This document shows, in pieces, positions 47,436-57,178 of a DNA stretch of 64,000 bases. This DNA comes from Ilumatobacteraceae bacterium (lineage in GTDB: Bacteria; Actinomycetota; Acidimicrobiia; Acidimicrobiales; Ilumatobacteraceae): positions 157,354 to 221,353 of the forward strand of contig CAVUJO010000004.1 in the NCBI GenBank assembly GCA_963741875.1, read 5' to 3'. The notes under the pieces were generated by a model, which made no database searches, was not told where the DNA came from, and was given only the letters and a program-made list of their open reading frames with translations. How positions within the stretch are numbered: the first letter of the stretch is position 1; the number at the start of each line of letters is the position of its first letter. Position numbers and translations under genes: made by a program.

Positions 47436-48439
47436 ACGTGTCCGACGACCAGGTCGTGGCCGACGATCGACTCGACGAACTGATTCATCGCGCCGATCTC
47501 GACGGCCTCGTTCGCATGATCGACGATCGATGCAGCTCGCGCGACTGGGCGGGCCTCCTCCGCGTCCGCAACCGATCGCGCCGTGCCGTCGAGACCGGTC
47601 GCCAACTCTGGCCCGCAGCGACGCTCGCCGAGTACCGCCTGGCCCTGCTCGCCACACCCGACTACGTCGCCGCCGTGCTCGACGAGTCCGACGGATTGTC
47701 GGGACGCTTCACGATCGGACCGCTCACCGAGGTGGCGGCCCAGCATCACACCTGGGACGAGTTGCGCTCGGTCCTCGATCTCGGACCCCGAGCCTCGTTC
47801 GTCGCCCACGAGCGGGTACTGCGCGGCGAACGCGTCGAAGCATCCGACCTGCCCGCCGTGCTCGACCTTCCGCTCGTTCTCCAGCCGTGGGAGCCCGACT
47901 ACCCCCTCGCGACCTACACCGACGCAGGCGCAGAGTTCCCCATGCCGGATCTCTCCGACGACTGGGTCGACATCACTCCCGTCCGCGGCGAGATGCTCGA
48001 CGACGAGGTCGACCTCGCCGTGCGCCAACTCGTCGAGCCGTGGCTGACCGGCTCGAACGGCCACGCCGACGTCGTGTGCGTCGATGGTGGCGTCGCCGAG
48101 GCGCTCGGAGCGCTCGGGCTCCGACGCGCCCGACTGGCAGAACTCGACGCCGCGACGGCGCTGGCCTGGCTCGCGTGGGCGGGTGCGAGCGGTGGCGCTC
48201 ACGGTCGTCGCCGTGGCGCTGCGTCCGGCCGATTCGGAGCGTGGTGGACGCTCGCAGCGCTCGGCGATCTGATCGACGACTGGCCGGTGCCGCCCGAGGA
48301 TCTCGGCCAGCTCGCTGCCGAGCTGCGCTGGTACCGCTGGGACGCCTACGAGCCCACGATGGGCTGGACCCTGCAACTCGCGGTCGAGGACCCCGACGAG
48401 GACGCCGCCTGGGCCATCCTCGCTCGCGACGCCACCTGA
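47420..48439 (+). CDS. conserved hypothetical protein
   Basis: 339-aa ORF portion with good codon bias, ATG 47420 (16-nt overlap) or GTG 47438; no family recognised. Confidence 0.55.
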   Translation: MAAGLNVSDDQVVADDRLDELIHRADLDGLVRMIDDRCSSRDWAGLLRVRNRSRRAVETGRQLWPAATLAEYRLALLATPDYVAAVLDESDGLSGRFTIGPLTEVAAQHHTWDELRSVLDLGPRASFVAHERVLRGERVEASDLPAVLDLPLVLQPWEPDYPLATYTDAGAEFPMPDLSDDWVDITPVRGEMLDDEVDLAVRQLVEPWLTGSNGHADVVCVDGGVAEALGALGLRRARLAELDAATALAWLAWAGASGGAHGRRRGAASGRFGAWWTLAALGDLIDDWPVPPEDLGQLAAELRWYRWDAYEPTMGWTLQLAVEDPDEDAAWAILARDAT

Positions 48440-48510
48440 GTCTCGACATTCCGAACCTCCGATGAGTTTCGGCGCGTACGGGTTGCGGCGGAACTCATCG
48501 CAACGAGAAA

Positions 48511-48536
48511 CGCCCGCACCAGAACTGGTGCGGGCG
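48511..48536 (-). terminator. intrinsic terminator downstream of etfA (also after the convergent plus-strand gene)
   Basis: CGCCCGCACCAG-AA-CTGGTGCGGGCG stem; on the minus strand it is followed by TTTCTCGTT. Confidence 0.65.
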
Positions 48537-48572
48537 CTTCAGAACTTCAGACCCCCGGTCGGGCCGGTGGAA

Positions 48573-49541
48573 TCAGCTGCGGGCGTTCAACGCCTCCAGG
48601 AGCTGCGGGAGCACCTTGTGGACGTCACCGACGATGCCGAGGTCGGCGACACCGAAGATCGGTGCCTCCTTGTCCTTGTTGATCGCGATGATGTTCTTCG
48701 AGCCCTTCATGCCCACCATGTGCTGGGTGGCGCCGGAGATGCCGGCGGCGATGTACACGGTCGGCTTGACGACCTTGCCGGTCTGGCCGACCTGGTAGCT
48801 GTAGGGAACCCAGCCAGCGTCGACGATCGCACGTGACGCACCCGGCGCACCCTTGAGGGCCTTCGCGAGCGACTCGATCATCTCGAACTTGTCCGACTCG
48901 CCGAGGCCTCGACCGCCGGCGACCACGACGGCCGCTTCGTCGAGCTTCGGACCGGAGGTCTCCTCCACGTGCACGGCGGTGACCGTGGCACCACTGGTGG
49001 CGCCGAGGTCGGGAACCGGCGCCGAGACGACCTCGCCGGCAGCACCGGCGCCGGCTTCGGCGACGAAGCTCTTCGGGCGGAACGCCGCGAGGTACGGGCG
49101 CTCGCCGGTGAAGGTGGAGTTGACCAACTTGGTGCCACCGAAGATCGGCGTCTGCACCGTGACCGAGTCGCCGTCGACCGTGACCGACGTCGAGTTCGTG
49201 AGCACCGTCCGGTCGAGCTTGACCGAGAGGCGAGCCATCACGTCGCGACCTTCGTAGCTCTGCGGGAACATGATCAGGTCGGGGCTGTCGCCGCCGGAGA
49301 TCACGGCCTGCATCGCTGCGGCCACTGCCACGCCGGGCAGTGCGCCACCGAGGTCGCCGGTCGCGTAGACCTTGGCGGCTCCGTGGTCACCGAGTGCGGC
49401 GGACGCGCCGGCGCCGTCACCGGCGATGAACGCCGAAACGGTGCCGCCGAAACTGCGGGCCTTGGTGAGCAGCTCGAGTGTGCCGGTGGTCGGGGCGCCA
49501 TCGGCGGCCTGTGCGAACACCCAGATGTTGTCGATACCCAT
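48573..49541 (-). CDS. etfA: electron transfer flavoprotein alpha subunit
   Basis: 322 aa; FAD-binding C-terminal block [34 protein letters not shown]. Confidence 0.9.
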   Translation of the reverse strand: MGIDNIWVFAQAADGAPTTGTLELLTKARSFGGTVSAFIAGDGAGASAALGDHGAAKVYATGDLGGALPGVAVAAAMQAVISGGDSPDLIMFPQSYEGRDVMARLSVKLDRTVLTNSTSVTVDGDSVTVQTPIFGGTKLVNSTFTGERPYLAAFRPKSFVAEAGAGAAGEVVSAPVPDLGATSGATVTAVHVEETSGPKLDEAAVVVAGGRGLGESDKFEMIESLAKALKGAPGASRAIVDAGWVPYSYQVGQTGKVVKPTVYIAAGISGATQHMVGMKGSKNIIAINKDKEAPIFGVADLGIVGDVHKVLPQLLEALNARS

Positions 49542-49551
49542 CAGTGTCTCC

Positions 49552-50319
49552 TCAGATGACTTTCAGGTTGTCGAGGAACTCGACGATCTTGTTGAAGGAT
49601 TCGCCGTCGTCTTCGATGACCTCGCCGGCTTCGCGGGCGGGGGCGTCCTCGACGGAAGTGATCTGCTGCGCCCACGACACCGACTCGATGCCGAGGTCGG
49701 CAGCGGTGACGGTCTCGACGGGCTTGGACTTGGCAGCCATGATGCCCTTGAAGCTCGGGTACCTCGGCTCGACGACGCCAGCGGTGACGGAGACCACTGC
49801 GGGCAGCGAGCAGGTGACCTCGTCGTAGCCGGCCTCGGTCTGACGGTCGACCTTGAGGGTGCCGTCAGCGATCTCGATGCTCTTCGCGAACGTGATCGAC
49901 GGCAGGCCGAGGACCTCGGCGATCTGCTCGGGCACGGTGCCGGTGTAGCCGTCGGACGACTCGGTGCCGGCGATGATCAGGTCGGCCTCGCCGAGCTTCT
50001 TCGAGGCGGCAGCCAGCACCTTGGCGGTGGTGAGCGCATCGGCGCCGGCGAGCGATGCGTCGCTCACGAGCACGGCCTTGGCAGCACCCATCGCGAGGGC
50101 GGTGCGCAAACCCGACGTCTCGTCGTTCGGCGCCATCGACACGAGGCTGACCTCGCCGCCGCCTGCCGCCGTGACGAGCTGGAGAGCCATCTCGACGCCG
50201 TAGCTGTCGGACTCGTCGAGGATGAGCTTGCCATCACGCTTGAGCGTGTTGGTGGAGGGATCCAGCTCGCCGGGCAGCGCCGGGTCGGGGATCTGTTTCA
50301 CACAGACGATGACGTTCAT
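49552..50319 (-). CDS. etfB: electron transfer flavoprotein beta subunit
   Basis: MNVIVCVKQIPDP N-terminus (ATG 50319; TTG 50331 alternative). Confidence 0.9.
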   Translation of the reverse strand: MNVIVCVKQIPDPALPGELDPSTNTLKRDGKLILDESDSYGVEMALQLVTAAGGGEVSLVSMAPNDETSGLRTALAMGAAKAVLVSDASLAGADALTTAKVLAAASKKLGEADLIIAGTESSDGYTGTVPEQIAEVLGLPSITFAKSIEIADGTLKVDRQTEAGYDEVTCSLPAVVSVTAGVVEPRYPSFKGIMAAKSKPVETVTAADLGIESVSWAQQITSVEDAPAREAGEVIEDDGESFNKIVEFLDNLKVI

Positions 50320-50364
50320 AAGGCTGCCCAAGTTACCGGTGGGTCAACGAGCGCCCAAACCCGT

Positions 50365-51318
50365 GTGACGAAGTCGTCGACGCACATTGATACCGTCGGC
50401 GGCTTGCGGATCCTGTTGGTGGTCAACTCGTTTGCGTCATCGGTGACGGCGCGCAACACCGTGATCGTCCATCGCCGCCTCAGCCGAGGCCACGACGTCG
50501 AGATCGTCGAGACCCATCGACGAGGACATGCCACTCGTTTCGCACACGACGCGGCGCGTCGCGGGATCGACGTGGTGATCGGTTTCGGTGGCGACGGCAC
50601 GCTGAACGAGGTGGCGACGGGCATCGCCGGCACCGACACCGCCCTCGGCGTACTCCCGGGCGGCTCGACGAACGTGTTCGCTCGCACGCTGGGACTTCCG
50701 AACGACCCGGTCGAGGCCGCTGATCATCTGGCCAACGGCATCGATGCGTCCGACATGCGCCCCATCGGTCTCGGCCAGGTCAACGGGCGCTACTTCTGTT
50801 TCCACACCGGCGTCGGCTTCGACGCGGCCGTCGTCGAACGAGTCGAGCGACGTGGGTCGCTCAAGCGCTGGCTGGGCCATCCGTTGTTCATCTGGTCCGG
50901 GCTGTCGACCTGGATGACCGGTTACGACCGTCGTACCCCGCACTTCCGGTTGAGCGGCGACGGCGGACCGGACGTGCCCGACGGCTACTTCACGATCGTG
51001 CTCAACACGAACCCGTACACGTACCTCGGGAACCGGCCGCTCGACCTGTCACCGGCCGCCACGCTCGAGCGTGGCCTCGTGGCGATCACGTTCACCACGA
51101 TGAACGCTGCGGCCATCCTGACGTCGCTCGCCGGCGCCCTGCGCGGTGGCGGCGTCGAGCCGGCCCCACACCTCGACATTCGCGTCGATGTGGCCCACCT
51201 GGTGATCGAGCACGAGTCCCCGTTCCCCTACCAGGTCGACGGCGATGCGCTCGGCAGCACCAAACGGCTGGAGTTCGCCCACGTCCCCGACGCCGTGCAA
51301 CTCGTGTTCCCGAACTGA
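50365..51318 (+). CDS. diacylglycerol kinase-family lipid kinase
   Basis: ILLVVNSFAS..., GFGGDGTLNEV, LPGGSTNVFAR; GTG 50365 or TTG 50404; the upstream part of ORF 49372.. is antisense to etfAB. Confidence 0.8.
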   Translation: MTKSSTHIDTVGGLRILLVVNSFASSVTARNTVIVHRRLSRGHDVEIVETHRRGHATRFAHDAARRGIDVVIGFGGDGTLNEVATGIAGTDTALGVLPGGSTNVFARTLGLPNDPVEAADHLANGIDASDMRPIGLGQVNGRYFCFHTGVGFDAAVVERVERRGSLKRWLGHPLFIWSGLSTWMTGYDRRTPHFRLSGDGGPDVPDGYFTIVLNTNPYTYLGNRPLDLSPAATLERGLVAITFTTMNAAAILTSLAGALRGGGVEPAPHLDIRVDVAHLVIEHESPFPYQVDGDALGSTKRLEFAHVPDAVQLVFPN

Positions 51319-51321
51319 CGA

Positions 51322-52029
51322 TCAGGACAGGTCGGACGGCCAGGTCGGCTCGACCTCGGAGCCGGACCGACCGAGCGCAGACAGCGCGATGTCGGGAACA
51401 TCGGTGCACACACCATCGACACCGAGGTCTGCGAGTTCGATCAGGCGGGCAGCGTCGTTGCAGGTCCAGGTGGTCAGCGCGAGCCCGCTGCGATGGCACA
51501 TGGCCACCAATTCGGCGTCGACCTGCGGCTCCCAGGGATGCAGCGCACGGTGCCCCGCGGCGGCGACTCGGTCGATCGTCACCGCGTCAACAGGTCCGGA
51601 GGTCAGGCACGCCGTCGCGATGTCCGGTGCAGCTGCACGGCACGCCGCCACCGTGCTCCACGAGAACGACGAGATCAGCCAACGGGGGCGTGCGCTCGCT
51701 CCCCGGCGGCGCAGTTCGTCGAGGATCGGAGCGACCATCGCCATCGTCGGGTCGTAGCCGGCGTCGGTCTTCCAGTTCTTGATCTCCACGTTGACGAGCA
51801 TCCGATCACCGCAGGCGTCGAGCACGTCGGCGAGGGTCGACAACCGCAGCGAATCGACCTCGGCCGACGAGTCCGGCAGTGGATCGTGGGCCACGAGCAG
51901 CCGCCCGTCAGCGTGGCGTCGAACATCGAGTTCGACACCGTCAGCGCCCAGCTGATCCGCCAGCGCGAACGCCTCCGGGGTGTTCTCCGGAGCGGCAGCG
52001 GAGGCGCCTCGATGGGCGAGCACGAGCAT
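51322..52029 (-). CDS. glycerophosphodiester phosphodiesterase
   Basis: MLVLAHRGASAAAPENT, GVELDVRR, VNVEIK motifs; ATG 52029. Confidence 0.8.
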   Translation of the reverse strand: MLVLAHRGASAAAPENTPEAFALADQLGADGVELDVRRHADGRLLVAHDPLPDSSAEVDSLRLSTLADVLDACGDRMLVNVEIKNWKTDAGYDPTMAMVAPILDELRRRGASARPRWLISSFSWSTVAACRAAAPDIATACLTSGPVDAVTIDRVAAAGHRALHPWEPQVDAELVAMCHRSGLALTTWTCNDAARLIELADLGVDGVCTDVPDIALSALGRSGSEVEPTWPSDLS

Positions 52030-52203
52030 CCGTCCATCATGGTCGACGAGTCGACGCGAACATGAACAAAGGACGAATGGACCCTTGCGGCGGCACAACG
52101 CGACGCCTACAGTTCGTCCCGGCCCGAACGGCCCATCGTTGCAAAGCGATGCCCCCATCCCCCAGCGGAACCCCCGCCTCAGCCACCTTCGAGGAGCACC
52201 AAC

Positions 52204-52503
52204 GTGTCGATCCTTGCGTCCAGTCTCACCCTTGGAGCAGCAGACTATGAGTGGCGCGATGACGCCATCTGCCGCGACACCGACCCGGAGCTCTTCTTCC
52301 CGGTCGGCACGACAGGACATGCGCTGGTGCAGATCGACCGGGCGAAAGAGGTCTGCACGGAGTGCACCGTGTCGCGGGAGTGCCTCGACTTCGCGCTCGA
52401 GACCAACCAGGACTCGGGAATCTGGGGTGGCCTCACCGAGGAAGAGCGTCGCGTCATCCGCCGCCGTCGCGTCGCCGCCGCCCGCGCCGCTCGCGTCAGC
52501 TGA
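52204..52503 (+). CDS. WhiB-family transcriptional regulator
   Basis: Four Cys (C-x29-C-x2-C-x5-C): AICRDTDPELFFP...CTECTVSRECL, GIWGG turn, basic tail. Confidence 0.9.
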   Translation: MSILASSLTLGAADYEWRDDAICRDTDPELFFPVGTTGHALVQIDRAKEVCTECTVSRECLDFALETNQDSGIWGGLTEEERRVIRRRRVAAARAARVS

Positions 52504-52524
52504 GCACCTGACGCCCGGCGGGCG

Positions 52525-54036
52525 CTACTCGATCGTCGGGACGCGGAGTTCGATGACCGTGCCGTGCTGATGGCCAGCGCCGCCGCCGAGGCCCGCGTCG
52601 GCCAAGTCCTCGCTGGTGGCTGGGCGGATACCGATGGTGCCGTTCAGTTCGGTCGTCACCAAGGTGCGCACGATCGACAACCCGAGACCCTTGGCCTGGT
52701 CGATGTCGAACGACGGGTCGACCCCGCGGCCGTTGTCGACGACCCTGATCGTGAGCGTGCGTTCGCGCTGTGACAGCGCGACCTGCACGTCGCCGCCGAC
52801 ACTTCCCTCCGGGAATCCGTGATCGACAGCGTTCTGCAACAGTTCGGTGAGCACGACCGACAACGGCGTTGCCGTGTTGGCCGGGATGCGCCCACCATCG
52901 CCGCTCACCGTGAAGCGCACGGGCCGGTCCGGTGACTGCAGGCCCTCTTCGGCGAGACGCAAGAGCGGGCGGACGATCTCGATGAACGCGATGTCTTCGC
53001 CGGGCTCGCGCGACAGCGACTCGTGGACGAGTGCAATCGTGCGGATCCGCCGAACCGATTCCTGCACCGCTGCCTTCGCCTCGGGATTGGTGAGACGGCG
53101 TGACTGGAGGCGCAGCAGCGACGAGATCGTCTGCAGGTTGTTCTTCACCCGGTGATGGATCTCCCGGATCGTCGCGTCCTTGCTCAGCAGGAGGCGGTCG
53201 CGTTTGCGCAACTCGGTGACGTCGCGCACCAGGAGCAGCCCGCCGGCGATGTCGGGCCCGGTGGCCGACTTGGTGACGATCGGAACACACCGACACAGCA
53301 GCGTGACATCGGCGCCCTGTTCGAACTCTTCGACGACCGGCTCGAACCGTTCGAACGCCTGACGGACGGGGCCATCGTGGAAGCCGAGTTCGGCGAGGCG
53401 CATCCCGACGGGGTTCGCCTGGATGCCGACGCGGTGCAACGCCGAGTTGGCGTTCGGCGACACGTACGTGACCGTGCCGCTCGCGTCGAGCGTGAGCACG
53501 CCGTCGCCGACGCGTGGGGCCGCACTCGAGTCAGCGACCCGGCCTCCGAACGGAAACGAGCCTGCCTCGATCATCTGGACGAACTCTTCGAAGATGTAGG
53601 AGTAGTTGCGTTCGAGCTCGCCGAGCGGGCGACCAGCCCTGACCTTCCACTCCTTGGACAACACGGCGATCACGCGGTCGTTGCGGCGCACCGGGATCGC
53701 GAGCATCCGGCCATGGTTGACCTCGTCGTTTCCACCGTCGACTTCGATCCCGCCTTCGACGCGTTGACCGCTCTCGGCTGCCTGTTCGATCAGTTCGGCC
53801 TCGCCACCGCCGGCCCAGGTGCCGACGTAGTCGGTGACGTAGATCGTCTGGTTCGTGGCCGGACGTACCTGGTCGACGATCAGCCACTTCCCTGCACCGG
53901 AGCGCACGTACAGCAACAGATCGGCGAAGCACAGATCGGCGAGGAATGCCCACTCGGCAGTGAGCCGATGCAGATGATCGATGTCGTCGCGTTCGAGCGC
54001 TGAGTGCTCGCGGGCCAGTTCGGCGAGAGAGGTCAT
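52525..54036 (-). CDS. PdtaS-like sensor histidine kinase (GAF-PAS-HisKA_2-HATPase)
   Basis: ATG 54036; HHRVKNNLQTISSLLRLQ H-box, NAVDHGF N-box, GLGLSIV G-box; adjacent and convergent to whiB. Confidence 0.8.
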   Translation of the reverse strand: MTSLAELAREHSALERDDIDHLHRLTAEWAFLADLCFADLLLYVRSGAGKWLIVDQVRPATNQTIYVTDYVGTWAGGGEAELIEQAAESGQRVEGGIEVDGGNDEVNHGRMLAIPVRRNDRVIAVLSKEWKVRAGRPLGELERNYSYIFEEFVQMIEAGSFPFGGRVADSSAAPRVGDGVLTLDASGTVTYVSPNANSALHRVGIQANPVGMRLAELGFHDGPVRQAFERFEPVVEEFEQGADVTLLCRCVPIVTKSATGPDIAGGLLLVRDVTELRKRDRLLLSKDATIREIHHRVKNNLQTISSLLRLQSRRLTNPEAKAAVQESVRRIRTIALVHESLSREPGEDIAFIEIVRPLLRLAEEGLQSPDRPVRFTVSGDGGRIPANTATPLSVVLTELLQNAVDHGFPEGSVGGDVQVALSQRERTLTIRVVDNGRGVDPSFDIDQAKGLGLSIVRTLVTTELNGTIGIRPATSEDLADAGLGGGAGHQHGTVIELRVPTIE

Positions 54037-54058
54037 CACTGTTGAGTCTGCCCGATGA

Positions 54059-55213
54059 TCACGGGTTGCGCAGGTGACCGGCCAACTTGCCCAGCCCACT
54101 GAGGTCGTGGATGTCGCCCTCGAGCCACGGCACCGAGATCATCGCCGGCGCCATCGCGGCGAGTTCCAGGCGCCGATCGGACTCTCGTGCTGCCACCAGC
54201 GCCACATCGTCGAATCGCGAAGCGATCTGGGTCAGGACCGACCGCACCTGCTTCACAGGTGCGCCGAGCAGTTCCGCCACCGTGTCGGCGAGCGGACCTG
54301 CCGCCTGGTCGAGCAATGCCGCTGCGCTGTCGGCGGCCGCCCTGCCCGCCAACGCTTCGGGCAGCACCCGGTTGGCGACGATCGCGCCGAGGCACATCTG
54401 GCGTTCGAGCAGCGATCGAGCGAGGAAGTGGGCCTCGTGGCTGGGTGCGGTCTCGAGTGTGGTCACCACGACGAACGCCGTCCGAGGATCGACGAGCAAC
54501 GCTTCGACCTCGCGGGCCCGGCGCACGAACCCGGGCTCCATCGCCTGGAACAGCACGAAGAAGTCGGCGATGTCCTGCAAGAATCGCGAACCGAGCACCC
54601 GGTCGGCCACTTGGTAGAACGGCTTCGACGCCATCGTGAACAACCGCGACCGGTAGGGCACGGTCAGCCAGCGCAGCAGCCGGCTGCCGAAGAACTCGAC
54701 CATTCGACCCGGTGCGTCGAGGATCGACAGTGCGTTGCGCGACGGTGGCGTGTCGACGATCACCAGGTCGAAGTCGCCTCGGGCGTGGAGGTCGTGCAGC
54801 TGTTCCATCGCCAGGTACTCGTGGCTGTGCACGAAACGACTCGTGATGTTCTCGTACAACGGGTTCGCGAGCACCGCGTCTCGGATCTCGTCGTCGGGCG
54901 CATGCCGCGTGATCAATTCGTCCCACCCGGCCTTGGTGTCGAGCATCGCCACCCACACTTCGCCGCGTACTTTCACACCGGCGTCGCCGAACGCGCCGGG
55001 GTCGATGCGTACGGGCGTGTTCCCGAACTCCTCGAGTCCGAGCGCCGTCGCGAGGCGTCGGGCGGGATCGACGGTGAGCACGAGCACCCGACACTTCTGC
55101 CGGGATGCCGCTGCAATTCCGAGCGCTGCGGCAATGGTGGTCTTGCCGACGCCACCGGAACCGGCGACGAGGATCATCTCGCGGCTGGCGAGCAGGTTGT
55201 CGAGATCGCTCAC
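54059..55213 (-). CDS. ArsA/Get3-like ATPase (second of pair)
   Basis: GTG 55213 in GTGA overlap; P-loop GSGGVGKTTIAAALG, VLTVDPARRL. Confidence 0.8.
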   Translation of the reverse strand: MSDLDNLLASREMILVAGSGGVGKTTIAAALGIAAASRQKCRVLVLTVDPARRLATALGLEEFGNTPVRIDPGAFGDAGVKVRGEVWVAMLDTKAGWDELITRHAPDDEIRDAVLANPLYENITSRFVHSHEYLAMEQLHDLHARGDFDLVIVDTPPSRNALSILDAPGRMVEFFGSRLLRWLTVPYRSRLFTMASKPFYQVADRVLGSRFLQDIADFFVLFQAMEPGFVRRAREVEALLVDPRTAFVVVTTLETAPSHEAHFLARSLLERQMCLGAIVANRVLPEALAGRAAADSAAALLDQAAGPLADTVAELLGAPVKQVRSVLTQIASRFDDVALVAARESDRRLELAAMAPAMISVPWLEGDIHDLSGLGKLAGHLRNP

Positions 55214-56217
55214 GACGAGCTCCGGGCCGAGCCATCGACGAGTTCGGGGTCGAGTTCGTCGGTGAGTGCGTCCGCGACGAGCGAGACCACCCGAGGGCCC
55301 GACGCCCGTGCGAACAGCTCCGGCACGGTGATGATCGGCAGCCCGTCGACCACCTCGTCGCTGTCGCTCATCCACGCCCGCAGCCGGTCGAGATGAGCCG
55401 CGCCCGTCGAGCGGCGCGTTTCGGTCAGTCGAGCGGCGTCCAGCACGGTGCCCACCCCCGCTCCAACCGCATCGACGAGCAGCGGCAGGGCCTCATCGAG
55501 CCGATCGACGATCGCCTGCTCACGTCGGTTGAACATCGCCGGCAAGACGCGGTTGGCGATCACGGCGGACGCATGCGCGCCCGTTTCGGCACGCAACCGT
55601 CCCAACAACTCGATGGTTTCCGTGACCGGCATCTCCTCGGGTGTGGTCACCACGGCGACGCCGGTTCGCGTCGGGTCGTCCAGGATGTCGAGCATCCATT
55701 GCGTCTGGTCTCGCACGAGCCCGACTTGGACGAGATCGGCGATCACCCTCGGCGCCCCGATCTGGCTGACGATGTGCCCGCTCGCCTCGGCGTCGACCAC
55801 GATCAGGTCGTAGTTGCGTTCGCGGACCTCCCAGCAGAGCTTGCCGACCCCGAGGATCTCCTTCACCCCCGGCGCCGCGTCGGCGACGAAATCGAACGTC
55901 GACGCCAGCGGGCCGATGCGTCCCAGCAGCGGAATCCTCACGAACAAGCGCAAGTACTCGCGCAACGAGTCCTCGGTGTTCATCGCCATCGCTGACAGGT
56001 TCGGCGCCACCTCGGTGGGCTCGAACTCGAGCGCCCCGACATCGAACGCGTTGGCGAGCGCGCCCTTCGCATCCATTTCGCAGACCAACGTGCGACGTCC
56101 GTGACGCGCCGCCACGTCGGCGAGAGCTGCTGCGACCGTGGTCTTTCCGACCCCGCCCTTTCCGGTGACCCAGAGCAGGTCGAGATCGAGCAGCCCTGGC
56201 CGACCGGCGGTACTCAG
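55210..56217 (-). CDS. ArsA/Get3-like ATPase (first of pair), probable CTG start
   Basis: P-loop VTGKGGVGKTTVAAAL lies upstream of the first GTG (56115). In frame between the preceding stop and the P-loop there is no ATG/GTG/TTG. CTG at 56217 lies 6 nt after GGAGG (56224-56228). Confidence 0.7.
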   Translation of the reverse strand: MSTAGRPGLLDLDLLWVTGKGGVGKTTVAAALADVAARHGRRTLVCEMDAKGALANAFDVGALEFEPTEVAPNLSAMAMNTEDSLREYLRLFVRIPLLGRIGPLASTFDFVADAAPGVKEILGVGKLCWEVRERNYDLIVVDAEASGHIVSQIGAPRVIADLVQVGLVRDQTQWMLDILDDPTRTGVAVVTTPEEMPVTETIELLGRLRAETGAHASAVIANRVLPAMFNRREQAIVDRLDEALPLLVDAVGAGVGTVLDAARLTETRRSTGAAHLDRLRAWMSDSDEVVDGLPIITVPELFARASGPRVVSLVADALTDELDPELVDGSARSSS

Positions 56218-56219
56218 AT

Positions 56220-56453
56220 TCAGCCTCCGAAGCCGATCTTGCGATCGCCGTCAGCCGAGCCGAGCTCGATGTAGGCGATCTTCGCCGAGGGGATCGCGAC
56301 GTCCTTGCCGCGCTTGTCGGCAATCCAGAGCACGTCGGTGGCGCCTGCGAGCGCGGCCTCGACCCGCGACCTGAGCTCGTCGCGGTCAGCGTCTTCGGCG
56401 AGTTCGATGTTGAGCTCGCGGGGGGCCTGGGTCACTCCGATGCGTACGTCCAC
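56220..56453 (-). CDS. DUF3107 family protein
   Basis: 77 aa, GTG start; VRIGVTQAPRELNIE...AKIAYIELG...KIGFG pattern. Confidence 0.75.
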   Translation of the reverse strand: MDVRIGVTQAPRELNIELAEDADRDELRSRVEAALAGATDVLWIADKRGKDVAIPSAKIAYIELGSADGDRKIGFGG

Positions 56454-56525
56454 GGGCCCACGCTACCTCCGGCCCGACCCGCCACTACGGGGAAGGCTCG
56501 ACTGGGTTCGGATTACGGTGACAGC

Positions 56526-57167
56526 GTGACCAGCATCGCGATCCCTCTGTTCCCACACTTCACGGCGCTCGACGGGATCGGACCCTACGAAGTGCTGCAG
56601 CGCATCCCCCACTTCGACGTGACCTTCGTCGGCCACGATCGGGGCGTGGTCCGCTCGGACAACGGCATGCTCGGCATCGAGATCGACGCAACGTTCGAAG
56701 AGTTGGCGGAGCCCGACATCGTGGTCTTTCCCGGCGGATTCGGCACGCGGGCATTGATGACCGACGAACGGGTGCTCGACTGGGTTCGCACGGCGCACGG
56801 CTCGACGACGTTCACCACGTCGGTGTGTACCGGATCGCTGGTGCTGGCCGCAGCAGGACTGCTCGAGGGTTTGACGGCCACCACGCACTGGGGAGCGCTC
56901 GACGTGCTCGCCGACTACGGGGCCGTCCCGACCGGTGAGCGGGTGGTCGAGCACCTCGACCGCCGAGTGATCACCGCGGCCGGCGTGTCGAGCGGCATCG
57001 ACATGGCGCTGCGGCTCGTGGAGCTGCTCGTCGACCGGACCGCTGCGGAGGCCTCACAGTTGATGATCGAATACGACCCGCAGCCGCCGTTCGACAGTGG
57101 CTCCACCAGCAAGGCACGTGCCGAGGTCGTGGAACGAGTGATCGAGTACGCGCAGGCCCGGCACTGA
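56526..57167 (+). CDS. DJ-1/PfpI-family protein
   Basis: GTG 56526; nucleophile elbow SVCTGSLVLAAAG, ITAAGVSSGIDMAL. Confidence 0.8.
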   Translation: MTSIAIPLFPHFTALDGIGPYEVLQRIPHFDVTFVGHDRGVVRSDNGMLGIEIDATFEELAEPDIVVFPGGFGTRALMTDERVLDWVRTAHGSTTFTTSVCTGSLVLAAAGLLEGLTATTHWGALDVLADYGAVPTGERVVEHLDRRVITAAGVSSGIDMALRLVELLVDRTAAEASQLMIEYDPQPPFDSGSTSKARAEVVERVIEYAQARH

Positions 57168-57178
57168 CATCGCCTGGA

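Noticed and set aside
52030-52203. Search for a CRP/Cmr-type site (TGTGA-n6-TCACA) or riboswitch in the 174-nt whiB upstream region
   Set aside because: I found only a short GTCGAC-GA-GTCGAC direct repeat and no convincing palindrome or conserved RNA motif by eye.
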